A stretch of 64,000 nt of DNA, taken from NCBI GenBank assembly GCA_001938485.1, contig MQRK01213816.1, positions 1 through 64,000 on the forward strand. The letters are read 5' to 3'. A model generated the notes under the pieces. That model searched no databases. It was not told the origin of the DNA and saw only the letters and a list, made by a program, of their open reading frames with translations. The first letter of the stretch is position 1, and the number at the start of each line of letters is the position of its first letter. Shown here piece by piece: positions 24,808 through 37,925 of the stretch. Source of the DNA: Girardia tigrina. Its lineage: Eukaryota. A program made the translations under genes and the position numbers.

Positions 24808-25890
24808 ATGACAAGCAATTTTACGCATATTCCAGAATATCAGTCATCTGATTCTGAAACGAGCTTTCAGGAAGGTAATAATACTGTTTAAAAAAAGAAC
24901 GTTGAAAAGGTCACGAGTTTGGGAGGAAGATAGTCGTTTTAAAACACAAGCCGAAGCACTTAATAGAGTTAAGCAAGAAAAGATTATACCATTATACGAA
25001 TAAGACTGCAAAGGATGAAAGAATGTTTTTATAGGTGTAATTTATCTAAGTTCAAAGGAAAGCAGTGCGATGCAGGTATTTATTTATTATACGATTCTAC
25101 GAGCGAAGAAGTTATTTTATATAGAGCTAAGGCTGAGCAAACACACGATGAAAATTCTGCTAGAAATGTTATTACAGAAGATGTAAAAAAATATTCACGA
25201 TCTAGTTTTAAAAACAAAGCCAAAGAAAATATTAGAAAAGTTACATGAGAAGATAAAAAAAAGATACAATACCAACAATAAGACAGTTAAGAACCTTTTT
25301 AACTAAATTGAAAAAATAAAAATATAGACTGGCTATAATAAGTTTAGGTGAGTTAGAAGAAATACTTAAGGATAAAACAATGGTCCCAGAGTCAAATGAT
25401 GAAGCTTTCACATTAAGTTATTATCTACATTATGAATTGAGCGATAATGAAAGTGATGAAGAAGAGGAAGAAGTAGAAAGTAATATTTTCAGATTTTTCA
25501 TAACTACAAAGCGATTATTGCGTCAAATAATTAAAAGAAAAAGTCTACATACTGACGTTACTTATAAGTTGAATTGGTATGGCTTTCCAGCTTTACTTTG
25601 TAGCACAACAGACTTAGATCATCATGTATATTAAGTGTATATTAAGATAGTTGTGGAAAGTTTATGAATTTATTTCAAAATCAGGCATTTTGCAGTCAGA
25701 ATATTCCTTACTATACATAATGTCCTTCTTTAAGCCAAATTATTTCATATCGAGTCTGTTTAAACTGTAACTAATACTGCGCTTCTTCAGAAATGTTAAA
25801 AATTCTTCGTAAGAGTCTCCATAATCGTATTATCAACACTAAAAAGAAGCCAAAAAAGTAATATCAAAGTGAAAGAAAAAAATCTTGATT
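24808..25890 (+). mobile_element. Degraded MULE (MuDR) transposase
   Basis: YRCN.....QCDA.IYL....H DNA-binding motif; FRFFITTKRLL; LHTDVTYKLNWYGFP..CSTTD (first catalytic D). Upstream CTCAGTA repeats. Confidence 0.8.
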
Positions 25891-26097
25891 GAAATTAATG
25901 AAAATGTCTAATGGATAAATGAAGAACATCTCGATGCTCAAGTAATTAAACCTGATCTGTGCACTATCGATGGAAACATTCCTTTGATTAATATTGAAAT
26001 ACACTTGAAAAAAATATGAAATTTTGAAGAAAAATGATAATTATATACTAAAAAATATGAATTATATTATTTTTTTCTTCATAATAAGATTTAACGA

Positions 26098-26212
26098 TTT
26101 TTTGTGACATCACAAGGGGATGGAGGGTTGAGATTTTGTGACACAATGTGAAAGAGGGGGAGGGGTTAAAAGTCATTTTTTCGTGTGACATATTCGTTTA
26201 TTAACGGCCCCT
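26098..26212. mobile_element. PIF/Harbinger-type MITE end
   Basis: GTGACA repeats, G-rich blocks and a terminus ...AACGGCCCC followed by TAA. Only one end is seen. Confidence 0.45.
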
Positions 26213-27139
26213 AATGTTTTTTTTAATTTGAAATAAAATACTATATCGGCCAGTATTTGCATATCAATCGGGAAGTTAGCACAATGGAAACTGGTAGTTT
26301 TTTTGGCTACTCGCACTTGTAAGGGTATTTTCATAATATTTTTAATTTATGAATTTATAATCCCTTATGCCAAATGATCAAAATTCAAATTATAAATATT
26401 TTATTATATTTTTAATATTTTGGAATTTAATTATCCAAAAACCTTATTATAATAATCACTCTAAACGAACTAACAATCTTTGTATACTTTTTGAAGACAA
26501 GGTCTATGGTAGACTGAGTGACCCCAAAAGATATTAAGATGGGCTTTAATTTAATTTTGAATTTTTTATAAAAATAATATTCTTTTAATTGAAATTATTG
26601 TTTTTATGTGATATTTGTATCGGCAATCTCGACAAAAATTTGTGTCGCAAACTGTTTTGAATACATAATTGAGAATTTTGTCAATATTTTTTAATTAGAG
26701 AAATGAATGAATTTGAAACTCGAATAATTATACTTATATTTGTTTTGACAATTTTCTTCGGATGAAAATGTAATCGATTTTGACATATATTAGAGATTTT
26801 TGTGAGAGTTTCGGAGATTTAGATACTTTCCAATCAATATCTGTTATCATTAATAAAATAAGAGAATGGTCATCGATATATAATTTAATATCTTGCATTG
26901 AATTTATTACTGACTTAAAACGAGATTGGAATAAGTTTTATTAAGAAAACTTTAGGAATTTTGATGATAAATATACTTAAAATGTGATCTAGCAGAAAGA
27001 TAGTGACTCACAATCTTATACTGAGAGGTAGAGTTAAAGAGGCATAAATGTAAGAGTTCCGAACTAAATAATTAAAATAAAAAATATACTTAAATTTTGT
27101 AAAAAAACAAAACTTAAGACACCTAAAATACCTGTTATG

Positions 27140-27177
<38 letters not shown>

Positions 27178-27182
<5 letters not shown>

Positions 27183-28496
27183 TTCCGATCAAATTGAACT
27201 TTTTATCAATGAATCGCAACATTTTGTTCAAAAATTTAAACTAATAAATATCCTAATAAATAAGTTAGGGTTAATATTAAATATAGAAATATAAAAAGAA
27301 CTTAATTTGTTTAAATTTATTTAACGCAATTTCACGCTTTTTTCAAAAATCAAAATGGATTCAAATAATTCGAACAATACTGCCTTGACAGTTAATCCTG
27401 CAAATCAAACCCCAACAAGAGTTTCATATGCTAAAATATCAAATGAAAAACGTTAAAGCTTAATTAGACTCGTCTGTGAACAAGGACAGAGTATATTAGA
27501 AGCATCAGAAATCGTTCAAATTAACTGTAATTCAGCAAAGAGTAATAGTCAATAAATATAACAAGCACAATATTGTTAACCTCAAAGCAAAAGGTGGTTC
27601 AATAAGAACAGTTCTCACAGCGTATAATATAAACAAAATTGAGAAGATCGTTACATTTAACCCACAGTTTACACTTAAATAATTTAAAGAAAATCTTGAG
27701 CAAGCAGCTGATCCAGAAATTTCGATATCAATTTCTAGCATTAATAGATGTCTAGAAGAGTTAAAAATAACTATGAAATTTTCCCATAGAGAGCTGGATA
27801 GAGTTAATTCGGCCAAAAAAATCATTTTGAGAAAGGAATATGCGCTATGGTTTAACAACCATTTCAACAATGATTTTTCCGGGGCGATATTTATCGATGA
27901 ATCATCTTTTAATTTACATTTAAAAAGATCTCATGTGAGATCGAAGCAAGGAACTCGTGCTATAGTATCAACACCAACAGTAAGAGGTAGATCAATTTCT
28001 TTAATTGCAAGTATGAAAATCAACGGAATGGGCTATTGCAAAACAATTGCTAACTCTACCTTCAATGCTAATATTTTTACTGAATATATTACTGAACTAT
28101 GTTGCTATTTGAGAAGTGTCCTTCATATGCATAAAGCTTGTTTAATAATGGATAACGCCAGATTACATAAAAAAACGAAATTGAAAGAATAACTTCAGAA
28201 TTTAATTTTGAATTTAAATTCCTTTCGACTTATTCTTATATGTTTAACCCTATTGAAAATGCTTTTTCAAAAATTAAGAATGGTTTAAGATCAAAATTAA
28301 GATTGAGGACTAATGAATTATTGTTGTCTGAACTGATGTTATCTGAAACGCATAACATCACGGCATCAGATAGCGCGGGATATTTTAAGAACATTCTTCG
28401 AAATATTATAAACTGCGCAGCTGAATTGCCATATGNNNNNNNNNNNNNNNNNNNNNNNNNNNNNNNNNNNNNNNNNNNNNNNNNNAATTGCAAATG

Positions 28497-28498
<2 letters not shown>
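27178..28498 (+). mobile_element. Tc1/IS630-like DD34E element flanked by (TA)n on both sides
   Basis: Disrupted transposase from ATG 27355: FIDESSFN, MDNARLH, NPIENAFSKIK. Spacing D-34-E after correcting one frameshift. 3' end partly in a gap. Confidence 0.85.
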
Positions 28499-28550
<52 letters not shown>

Positions 28551-29429
28551 TATGTTTATTACCGTATTTTTTTCGAAAAAGTAAAATTCTCATATAAGTT
28601 ATTGATGAACATTAGTATGAAGTTTACAAAAAATCAGAAATGGTAAGGTTTTTGCAAAAAAAACTTCACCCACCACTTCACTTTTCGATCGACGTATATG
28701 TAGCATGATATTGCTATATTACCAAACAAAAAAACGTTTCAATTGTTTAATTTTTTCTATATTATGACAACCAAAATCTAAAATTATACAGAATACTGAA
28801 TGTAAATGTCACGGGTTTACGATAAATTTCAGTTACTTGTTACTCAAAGAAAACGCAAATTCAATCTCTCGACGCTCTTACACAATGGATACTTTTATCA
28901 ATCTCTCAGCACACGTATTGCTACGCTCTGTATTTAGAGACGAAGGGTTTGTAAAAAATGTGTTTCTAAGCAGATTTATGCTTTCGGGTAATTCTTAACA
29001 TGTCCTTTTAGATCGCCATAATCTTGTTCATTAAACATTCGTCCATTAAACCATTCTTTGCTCCAATTTCCACAAAGGAAACTACATATGTCATGTAACT
29101 GGTATCGAAAATCGGGTACGAGAATAAATGATAAAAAAGCGAAAATTACTCTAGAAACCTGGTAATTCTTGAAATCTATTTTCGAAAATCTTGTTAAACT
29201 GTACATAATACTTAAATACTTTCATTAGATGAATCAAAAATATCATGAAAATTGTTTGTAAAGATGATTCTGTATGCGTTTTTAATAAATGTTTTCACCC
29301 AAATTGTGATGTTGCTAATAGGGGCTATTTTGGATTCAACAATTGGTTTTAAATAGAAAACATTGTGCCACTAATTTTGGAGATGGTTATCATCATCGAA
29401 CGAAATCTGAAATCTTGAACGACAAGACA

Positions 29430-29620
29430 ATTGCAATGGGAGGTGGAACATTATCATGTAGGAAAACCACTTGATTGCGCTTGTCCAATCAAATTGCTGC
29501 TTGAAGTCAATAGAGTTGTTCATAATAAAGTTTGCTTATAAATGTTGCATGTCTAAGTAGTAATTCACAAAAAACAGAAGCCTCTTTATTTTGCAAAATT
29601 TAGAGCACATGTAAGATGAT
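29430..29620 (-). mobile_element. Mariner transposase fragment
   Basis: YYEQL.RL..AI...R.QVVFLHDNVPP. Confidence 0.55.
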
Positions 29621-29984
29621 CATGTTTCTTTATGTAGAGGAATCATCATTTAAGACACAAATTTTCGTCTCCTATTACTCTAAGTGTAGTAATTCTTATT
29701 CACAAAATAAAAAATGGAGTGATATCAAATAAAAGAAATGAAAATGTAATTATCAAAAAAATAACAGAATTAATTTTGTTTAAAAAACCTAAAAAAATTG
29801 AAAGTGAAGTCACCATTTAAAAACGAAATAGACATTTTACTTTCTGTGAACAGTTCAGTCAGTGTACATTTCTGTACATTGAGTTTCATTTGTTCTGTAA
29901 TATAGAAAAAATAAATTTTTATGTGATTCAAATTGTTAATTCTCCATTCATTATGTCGATTTAAACCCGTTTTAGGAGTGGATA

Positions 29985-30235
29985 GGGTGCAGTCGAGACT
30001 ACTTGCCTGGAGCGCTATGGAAATGATGGCTGCCAATACTTTGTGGGAGGCCATCAACGAGAGGTTATTTGTTGTTATCTGAATTCCTTCTGTTGGCGCA
30101 TCATCGACAGGCCAATCCAGTCGTTTCGGGCTCGTTTCCATTCGACGGGGATAATCTATCGGGGTCGGTTAAATTGGTCCACAATTTCGAAGTCGAGCAA
30201 CATTCCGTCCTCTCCTCATCCATGCCAGCCAAAAT
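29985..30235 (-). mobile_element. Non-LTR retrotransposon RT fragment
   Basis: GC-richer island; IIPVEWKRA followed, after a frameshift, by NNLSLMASHKVLAAIISIAL (cf. IP..WK.A...RPI.L....K....I..RL). Confidence 0.45.
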
Positions 30236-31929
30236 ATGTGAAAAAAATATTTATGCTTTTGACTATCTAAACTATGACGTACAAAAAAAGAGAAGTGATT
30301 ATTGTTACCCAACATTTTTTTTGTTTATTTCACTAAACTCAAACGATAGTATTGTAACGAAAGTATTCACAATCCTTGTCCACAGTCAATTAACATGTTC
30401 ATTGTCAAGAGTTGTCATGAAATAATGTGCTTAAATCTCTTAATTGAAGGATTATTTTGCCCTAATTCAACTAAAAATTTCCTATGTAAAACCGACAAAA
30501 CCGATTTTATAGAATTTTATAAAATTTGAGCAACTTCCTCAGATTTAACATTACGAATAAAGTAACGAATTGGGAGCTTCTTCCTACTCGAAGCTTCCTA
30601 ATTAATCAACTAAGATAAATGCACATATAATCTTAAAGGACACCTAACACAAATTATAATTATTTGCGTCAATTGTTACTATTTTCATGTACAAAAATAG
30701 AAAATAAAATTTTGTTTATCACTTTTTTAAATGTTTTAAGAATTTGTTTCCATTAATCGTCTAATTAAGATTTTGTCTGAATATGACATTTAAAACTTTT
30801 TCGCTATAAAAAACGTAAATTTACATTTAAATTTCTTCAATTAGTAATTAAATTTGTCGAAATACTTTGAATTTTTGAAATTCTTTTTTATTTTTTAGGA
30901 AAATTCTCAAATTATTTACTTCCATTTTATAAAAAAAAGATACTCGTAGGGACAGGCTGGGTGCAGTTGCGCGGCCGCGGCACTGCATCGCCTGGGGATG
31001 TCTTAGTATCTCAGAGTAGGGAAAACAAATGACTTACAAATTGAGAGGGGGGCATAATCGCAAACTCCTTTTCGAACGAAATACACAACGAGCGACTTGT
31101 TGTCTTTTAAACTGAGAGTGTCAGCATTTGATGCTAACGCCTTGATGATAAGACTCATTAATTAAATGATTTCGGACAGAAATGTGGATTCTTAATTTTG
31201 CTGTCGATCATAATTTATTTTGACAATATTATTTTCAAGACAAAAAAAGTCATAAAATGTTAGGATCTTCAGCATCCGTCGTCTCTCGCAAACAACAGAA
31301 ATAGACTTCCCTTCTCTGATCATACCTATCAGGCTTTTTGTATGTGCTGCAAATACTTTTTTTAAATACTGTCTTCTCAGTTGATGAGAACTGGGAAAAA
31401 CTCTGATATCCGTTTAGGTTCGTTCTTAGTACGCCTTAAAGTTTGTGTCAACAAAAACATGAAGTGGCACATTGGCACTTTTGAAAACTACCACCAGGCG
31501 AATTATTTCTAGATCTCAATGCTGCTGTAGTGTGGTTTACTTCACGAATACTTCAGATATACAACTTAATTATTAATAAATTATTATTAATAATAATAAA
31601 TTAAATAATAAATTTATTGGCATCTAATAAAATTATAGATTATGGGGATCTACGACAAAACGCCGCGTGACTGTAAGTAGCCTTTATGCCACTTTCATTA
31701 TTATCAAATTCAGTACTCATAATTTAACACCACAATCTTTATTAATATCAACAATTCACGTGTTTAAACAAATTTCTTGTTATTTAAATTATCTCACCAA
31801 ATATTAATCTATTAAACTTTTCTTACGATTGAATTTTGAAAATATGCTGAATTTTAAACTTTAAAATAATTTTTACATTTTTACGAAATTTCACGAATTT
31901 TTATCATAAAACTTTTTTATCATTTTTGT

Positions 31930-32000
31930 TAACAACACCGCGGATAAAAACGCCGCGGACAAAAACACTGCAAACAAAAACACCGCGAATGAAAACGTCG
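31930..32000. repeat. ~15-bp tandem repeats (AAAACRCCGCG core), probably a MULE subterminal array
   Basis: About five degenerate copies, plus one at ~31655. Confidence 0.55.
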
Positions 32001-33009
32001 AATTTAATAATTAAATTAATATTATTAAAATTATTTAATTTTGTAAAAAATTTTTAAGTAATATTAATATTATTAAAATAAATAATATTAATTGAAAATT
32101 TTTCAAAAAGGGATTAAATTAAGCTATAAAATGACTGAAAATGTCTGGAAGCCGCAAAGAATTTCAATGCATATTTGTGGTGAAAAACTAAATTATAGAA
32201 AATTTAAATTGATTCCAATCCGTTTTGTAGATAGAATGTTAATATTTTGTTTTTCAGAAAATATTTTTAAAAAGTCAAAACATTTTTAAATAAAAAATAT
32301 AAAAATATTATTTTCTTCTAAATTTTGGAATTATTTTTATAATAATATTGGAAAACATTATCTTTATTTTTAATATTTTAATGTTAAATAAATTAATAAA
32401 ATTAAAAAAAAGTAAACTATTAAATAAACATTAAAATATTTTCTAATATTATTATAAAAATAATTCAAAAACTTTAAATAAAATAATATTTTTATATATT
32501 AAAAGCAGAATTTGGCCAAATTTAGAGGGCTTCATTGATTTCTTAAAGATTGTATCTAAAAGTGGTCAAAATGGGAAGTTGATAAATTTTAGAATTGGCT
32601 AAAATTTAAAGGTTATACTGTATTTTGAAAAACATGTTTCCGTCTACATTAGGAAACATTGAAAATTTAAATATTTTATTAAAACCAAACTTTTTTTTCT
32701 TAATTTTTTAATTTTAACATGTCAAATATAGTTGCCATTTTATTATTTGTTTAAATCTGAGAGACATTTAGTTATGACCAACGAAGCGTGACAATTTGTT
32801 GAATTGAAGCGATAAATCTTTTTCTTTACAAACGTAAACAAACAAGATCTTTTCACTCAATTTTGACTCAAAATAGTCAGTTTTATAACTTGTTTTATTA
32901 AGTGAAATAAATTAGACTATGTATGTTATTTATTTTTAATTGTGTAATTTATGAAATAAATAAAAAGAACGTGACAAAATAAAAATCTAAAGTCTTTGAA
33001 AGGTACTCA

Positions 33010-36000
33010 CTAGGGAACCTCCCGAACCCGCACATCCCGATTTCGATGAAATTTGCTACATATATAGAACTCACCGCGCTGAATAAGATACATTTGGAAC
33101 CACCTGCTCTAAAAGCCTAGAACTCGAGATATTCGACCTTTTTAGGTTTCAAATATTTTTTTTAATTTTATGTCAAAAGATAAAAAACAAAGGGTGAATT
33201 TATTATTTATTCATCAAAGTCATCACAAAAATGATAATCAATGTAAAAATGATTAAAAAAAGTGGTGATTTGCACCAGGAACAAATAAGAAAAGGTATCT
33301 CTCCGCATGACAACTGCGAACATGTTAGAAGCACATTATTGAAACAAAAATCTGTAGGATTTACAAACCGTTCATAGTCATCAATGTAACCACAACAAAA
33401 CCAAGCATATTTCCAAGTATTGACATATCTTAGAGATGAAAATTGATTATGAATAAGAGAGTGAATTATGATGATTTCATCTCTTAAATGAAGTGTTACA
33501 TTAATCGAATGAAGTAACACAAAATTTGAAAATCTACGATAATAGTTTTTGTATACATGAAAAAAATATCTATCTAAAGGTTGCCACATCCCTGTAGTTT
33601 TAGGTGGAATCATCACGATTTTTAAATTCTTATTCTGTTCTTCAGAAGCCATCCTCAAACTGTCATCATTATAACAGCTCCATGAATCCACAAGCAGAAG
33701 AGATTCTTCGCCAATATTTTGGAGTAAAACCTTCCTTGTCCACACATGTAAATGCGCCTTACCCAATTTACCCGATGATGATGCAAGTAGATAGATGTTA
33801 TTTGGCCTAAAAACCTTTTTCGCAACTTGTGGACCGAACTTTCCTTCAGCTTCTGGAAGAACGAGCAACATTGGAGATAAAAGACTACCACTCGCAGATA
33901 CAATATGTTGAATCGTATATGAATGAGTTGTAGCGTTTATTTGCTGAACAGCCACTTCAACAGTTTTGGATCCACAGGGTGCGAGGGTTCTTCCACTGTG
34001 CATTTCATAATTGAAACCATATTGGTCAGTGTTGTAGACATCTGTAAGTGCCATTTCGGCGATCTTTTTCTTTGTTTCTCCAACAAAGACAGTGGCTGGT
34101 GCGGTCAAAATAATTTTCCCTTAAATACGACATTTTCAATGATATTTTGTTTATTTTTCTCGATACAATCCGATTATGCTTTTTAAATTTGTGGAGCCAA
34201 TGTGATTTCGCTTCAAAATTAAGTAATGATATTTCTCTTGCTTTATCCAATGCCCATCTTCTTAAATCGTTGTCAAGAATTATCATGTGCTTGGCAGTCG
34301 AACCTTTAAAAAAGATTTCAAGTATGCCACCAAACTTGATTAAGCTTTAGAGCTCGTGAACCTCCTTTGTTGACAATATCTGTAAAACGATAGAGTTGTC
34401 ACCTGTCCTTAGTGAAACGAAATCTGTGTTTCACAGTGTCAACATTTAAAAGTTTCATCTTTCCTGATTGCCAATATTCGACTGCAGCCCGCATTTGTTC
34501 AAAACTTATTTCATCAAGAGGACTGCTGAAATTCTCATCATCTTCGACGGAAGAACAAACGTGATCATCGCTATACGAAATATCGCTTGCATCAAATTTA
34601 TCATCTTCAAATTCCGAAGCATCTTGCATTATTAAATTTGATTCGGTAGTAAAGATGATTTCTTCTCCAGTCAAGGAATCGTCAAGAAGTTGCTTGATAT
34701 GTGTGAAGGACAGGCTCACTCTCAAAATTTTTGAAACAATTAATTTTTATAAAGAATTTCTAAAATAAGGAAATATTTAAAATCAAGTTTTCTAAGCAAT
34801 TATAATTAAAAAATATATCTTAATTAATTTAAAAAAATTATTTTCGGAAATTATCAAATTTAATTAATTAATTGTAGAGTAAAAACTTATTTTGAAATTA
34901 ATTGGGAAATAAAGGATTTTTAAATAATTGATTTAAAAATAATATATAAAGACAAGGATAATTAGGTTTGTACTAATTTTAAAAGTTATTCTAATAATAA
35001 AAATTTGAATATTGTAAATTATTTTTTGTATTTATATCGTATTTAAAATTTGTATTGTATTTAAAATAATTGTAGGTAAAAATGATTTTAAACTGAAATA
35101 TTGATAATAAATAAAACGTTAAAATCTTTATTAATTTAAAAACTTTTCCCAAATAAAAGAAAATAACATTAAACTAATTCTAAAATAATAAAAAATCATT
35201 TCGGTTAATTTAGTAAAAATATGACTACAATAAATTATGTTGGTTTTAATTTAAATTAAATTGCAAAAAATAGTGGTATGTAAATTTTCAAAAATAAATA
35301 TAATATAAAATTTCAATTTTAAAATAACTTATCAGTATTTATAATTTCATATTTTTATATAGCAATCTGGTCAAAAAGAAAACGAAGAAAAGTTCCTCAA
35401 CAAACAATTGTTATTAAAAAATTGTTAACTAAAAATTGTTTGAATAATTGTTAATTCTGTTATAAATAAAATTTTGATGTTAATGAGTCTTAATCTCGAT
35501 CAAGAACTCAAAAATATGGACAATTAACTCAATCGGTGTTGTCCCATTCTTCAATCGGTCTACAATATTCGCAATTAATTCCTCGGCCATCTTATGGGAT
35601 AATTCTTTAATTCAAAGATAATTGTTTCTTTGACTTACCTTATGTTATTTATCACAAAAAGGTATGTAGTTTTTACTTAAAAATTAACAAATTGAACACA
35701 AATTTAAATAAAATTTATTAATTCAATAAAGTATTATTGAAAACTAGTACTTGAAATTTAGTAAACAAAACGTATTGATAACAACAGAACATCTTTGGTG
35801 CCTAGGTAATTAAATACGTTTAATAAACGTTTTTTACCATAGAAATTTGCTTAAATACAAACAACACAGCAATATAGAAAAATGCCGCGACAGCTTCGCT
35901 ACGCTAAGCAATGTGGTTACATTGATGACTATGAACGGTTTGTAAATCCTACAGATTTTTGTTTCAATAATGTGCCTCTAACATGTTCGCAGTTGTCATG

Positions 36001-36297
36001 CGGAGAGATTCCTTTTCTTATTTGTTCCTGGTGCAAATCACCACTTTTTTAAATCATTTTTACATTGATTATCATTTTTGTGATGAATTTGATGAATAAA
36101 TAATAAATTCACCCTTTGTTTTTTTATCTTTTGACATAAAATTAAAAAAAAAATTTTGAAACCTAAAAAGGTTCTAGGCTCGAGTTCTAGGCTTTAAGAG
36201 AAGGTGGTTCAAAGTGTATCTTATTCAGCTCGGCGAGTTCTATATATGTACCGATTTTCATCGAAATCGGGATGTACGGGTTCGGGAGGTTCCCTAG
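33010..36297 (-). mobile_element. Full-length Tc4/Tc5-like (pogo group, DD37D) DNA transposon, 3288 bp, ~385-bp TIRs
   Basis: CTAGGGAACC...GGTTCCCTAG termini; TCA duplicated within a CTCAG (CTNAG) target; TIRs 33010-33394 / 35912-36297. Confidence 0.9.
33203..34725 (-). pseudogene. Tc5-like transposase, frameshifted into 3 ORFs
   Basis: HTH region DNDLRRWALDKA..FEAKSHWLHKFKK; VYNTDQYGF, ATTHSYT, LLVDSW, QPLD. 37 residues counted between the 2nd and 3rd D. Confidence 0.88.
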
Positions 36298-36561
36298 TCA
36301 GGATAAATTGAAAGATAAACCGTAAATTAATGCGTAAATAAAAATCTGAGGGAAGAGACTTTATACTTAATAGTTTTTTCTTAAGAGTACGGTACTATAA
36401 GAGCAGTAAATAACTTCTTACTCTATAAAATTGTAATTTTAAATTAAATTATTTGAATTATTTACTTATTTTCATTATGTATATATATACATAGTCTAGT
36501 GAACAATAATTTGAAATTTTTTGAATAGATATGTGTTAAAGCATTTTTTTAAAATTCAACA

Positions 36562-36602
36562 TTATACATGTTTCGATGATGATTTCTGATCATTTTCAGC
36601 AA
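36562..36602 (-). ncRNA. Degenerate Penelope hammerhead motif
   Basis: Minus strand TTG-CTGAAAA-T-GAT...ATC-GAAA-CATG-TA-TAA (core G8 changed to A). Confidence 0.45.
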
Positions 36603-36779
36603 CTATTTGAGTTTTATTGTTATTTGTGTTATATTGATTTTAATAATTTAAATAATTTTTTAAAGTATAACAAATAATTTAATATTGATATTAAAGTTTA
36701 ATTTTATTGATTAATATAAACAATAATTTAATTTAATTTAATTTATTTAAAGATATTTAATATTGAGGTAGCTTTACTT

Positions 36780-37925
36780 TTCCCATTTTATTTCCCAAAG
36801 TTCTTTCTTTGCAACATTGGCAGTGATCAAGAACCTTTCTCAATCTACTTGAATGTGAGTATTCACTAATCCGTGTTTTGAGATGACGATTCGTCTCTCC
36901 AATGTGGGCCTCCCATCTCTTTCAAATGGTATTGAGCCTCTAGGCTCTTTACAGGGTCCACCCAAACTAAAGAATCACCAACAGCCCCCCATTTGCTTAC
37001 TACGAGGTCGGATAGTTTCTGTCTCCGAGATCTTTTCGGCTCCCCTGTGAAAAACGACCACCAATGGGTTGTATAGCCATGGTTCTGCATACCTTTTCCT
37101 GCATTCGTAGGCTTCGTAAGGCCGCGAAAGGGACATTTGAACTCTCCTTTTGCAGTGAGATCTGCCATCCTAAAAGTGAGATGTATTTCTTCAGTACCTA
37201 TCGCTTCCTCCACCGCTGTCGAGATAATCGGGGGGTCCGTCACGGATTGAATCAGGTTACCTAGAATGTTGTTACTCTCTCTTCTGTGGTATTTGTTGTA
37301 CTGGTTTGCGCTGGTGTCATTGTCGGTCATCCATTTTCTTCTGTCTCTTCCAATTTATGATCCCGGTAGAGGTGCCTTGTCAGACACCCCTTCGTTTTGT
37401 ACGACTTTTTACATACTATACATGGTAATGGTAATTGCTGTTGTTGTGTCTCGTTGGGCTGATCATGATTAGCGGAAGCGGACACCGAGTGGTTCCTTTT
37501 CATGGATCCATTCAGTTCCTTCTTTTCAGCAAACGCCTTGTAGCATCTTTCTATTGGACATTGATGGAGTTTGTCTCTCTCGTTGATCCGCTTCGGCACA
37601 GTTGTTCTTGTTCTATTGAGTCTTCTGATCGAATAAAGGAGTTTATGTATGTTTCCCTCGATACAGTAGTATCTCTGTGAACGATGAGGTTAATGAAATC
37701 TCCATAAACCGTATCATTCCCAAATAGCCACTGTATGTCCGCTCGAAGGCATTTCGAAATTGATTGCTTCTTTCTCTCAATGATCACTTTCCCATCTGTA
37801 TTTTTCCCCTCCAGATTCGTTTGATTGTCCCGACTCATCCGTCTTACTGTGGAAAGTAAGCCTTTGACTCGCGAAAATATCAGTGGGATATGGGAGTCCG
37901 TATGGATCTTTTCAGTCTAATGTTT
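36780..37925 (-). mobile_element. 5' fragment of an R2/NeSL-like non-LTR retrotransposon with three C2H2-type zinc fingers
   Basis: Three overlapping frameshifted ORFs: CPIERCYKAF...MKRNH, CIVCKKSYKTKGCLTRHLYRDH, FKCPF....GMQNHGYTTH. Intronless and GC-richer than the flanks. Confidence 0.55.

Noticed and set aside
28976-29420. 76-aa ORF and upstream coding-like sequence
   Set aside because: No recognisable motif and frequent stops; cannot be supported.
31930-32000. CRISPR-like repeat array (also 50-260 and 42944-43060)
   Set aside because: Short tandem repeats without unique spacers or cas genes, in eukaryotic DNA.
37830-37925. HDV-like ribozyme in the leader of the zinc-finger element
   Set aside because: Hairpins are present, but I could not build a consistent P1/P2/P3/P1.1 nested pseudoknot by eye.
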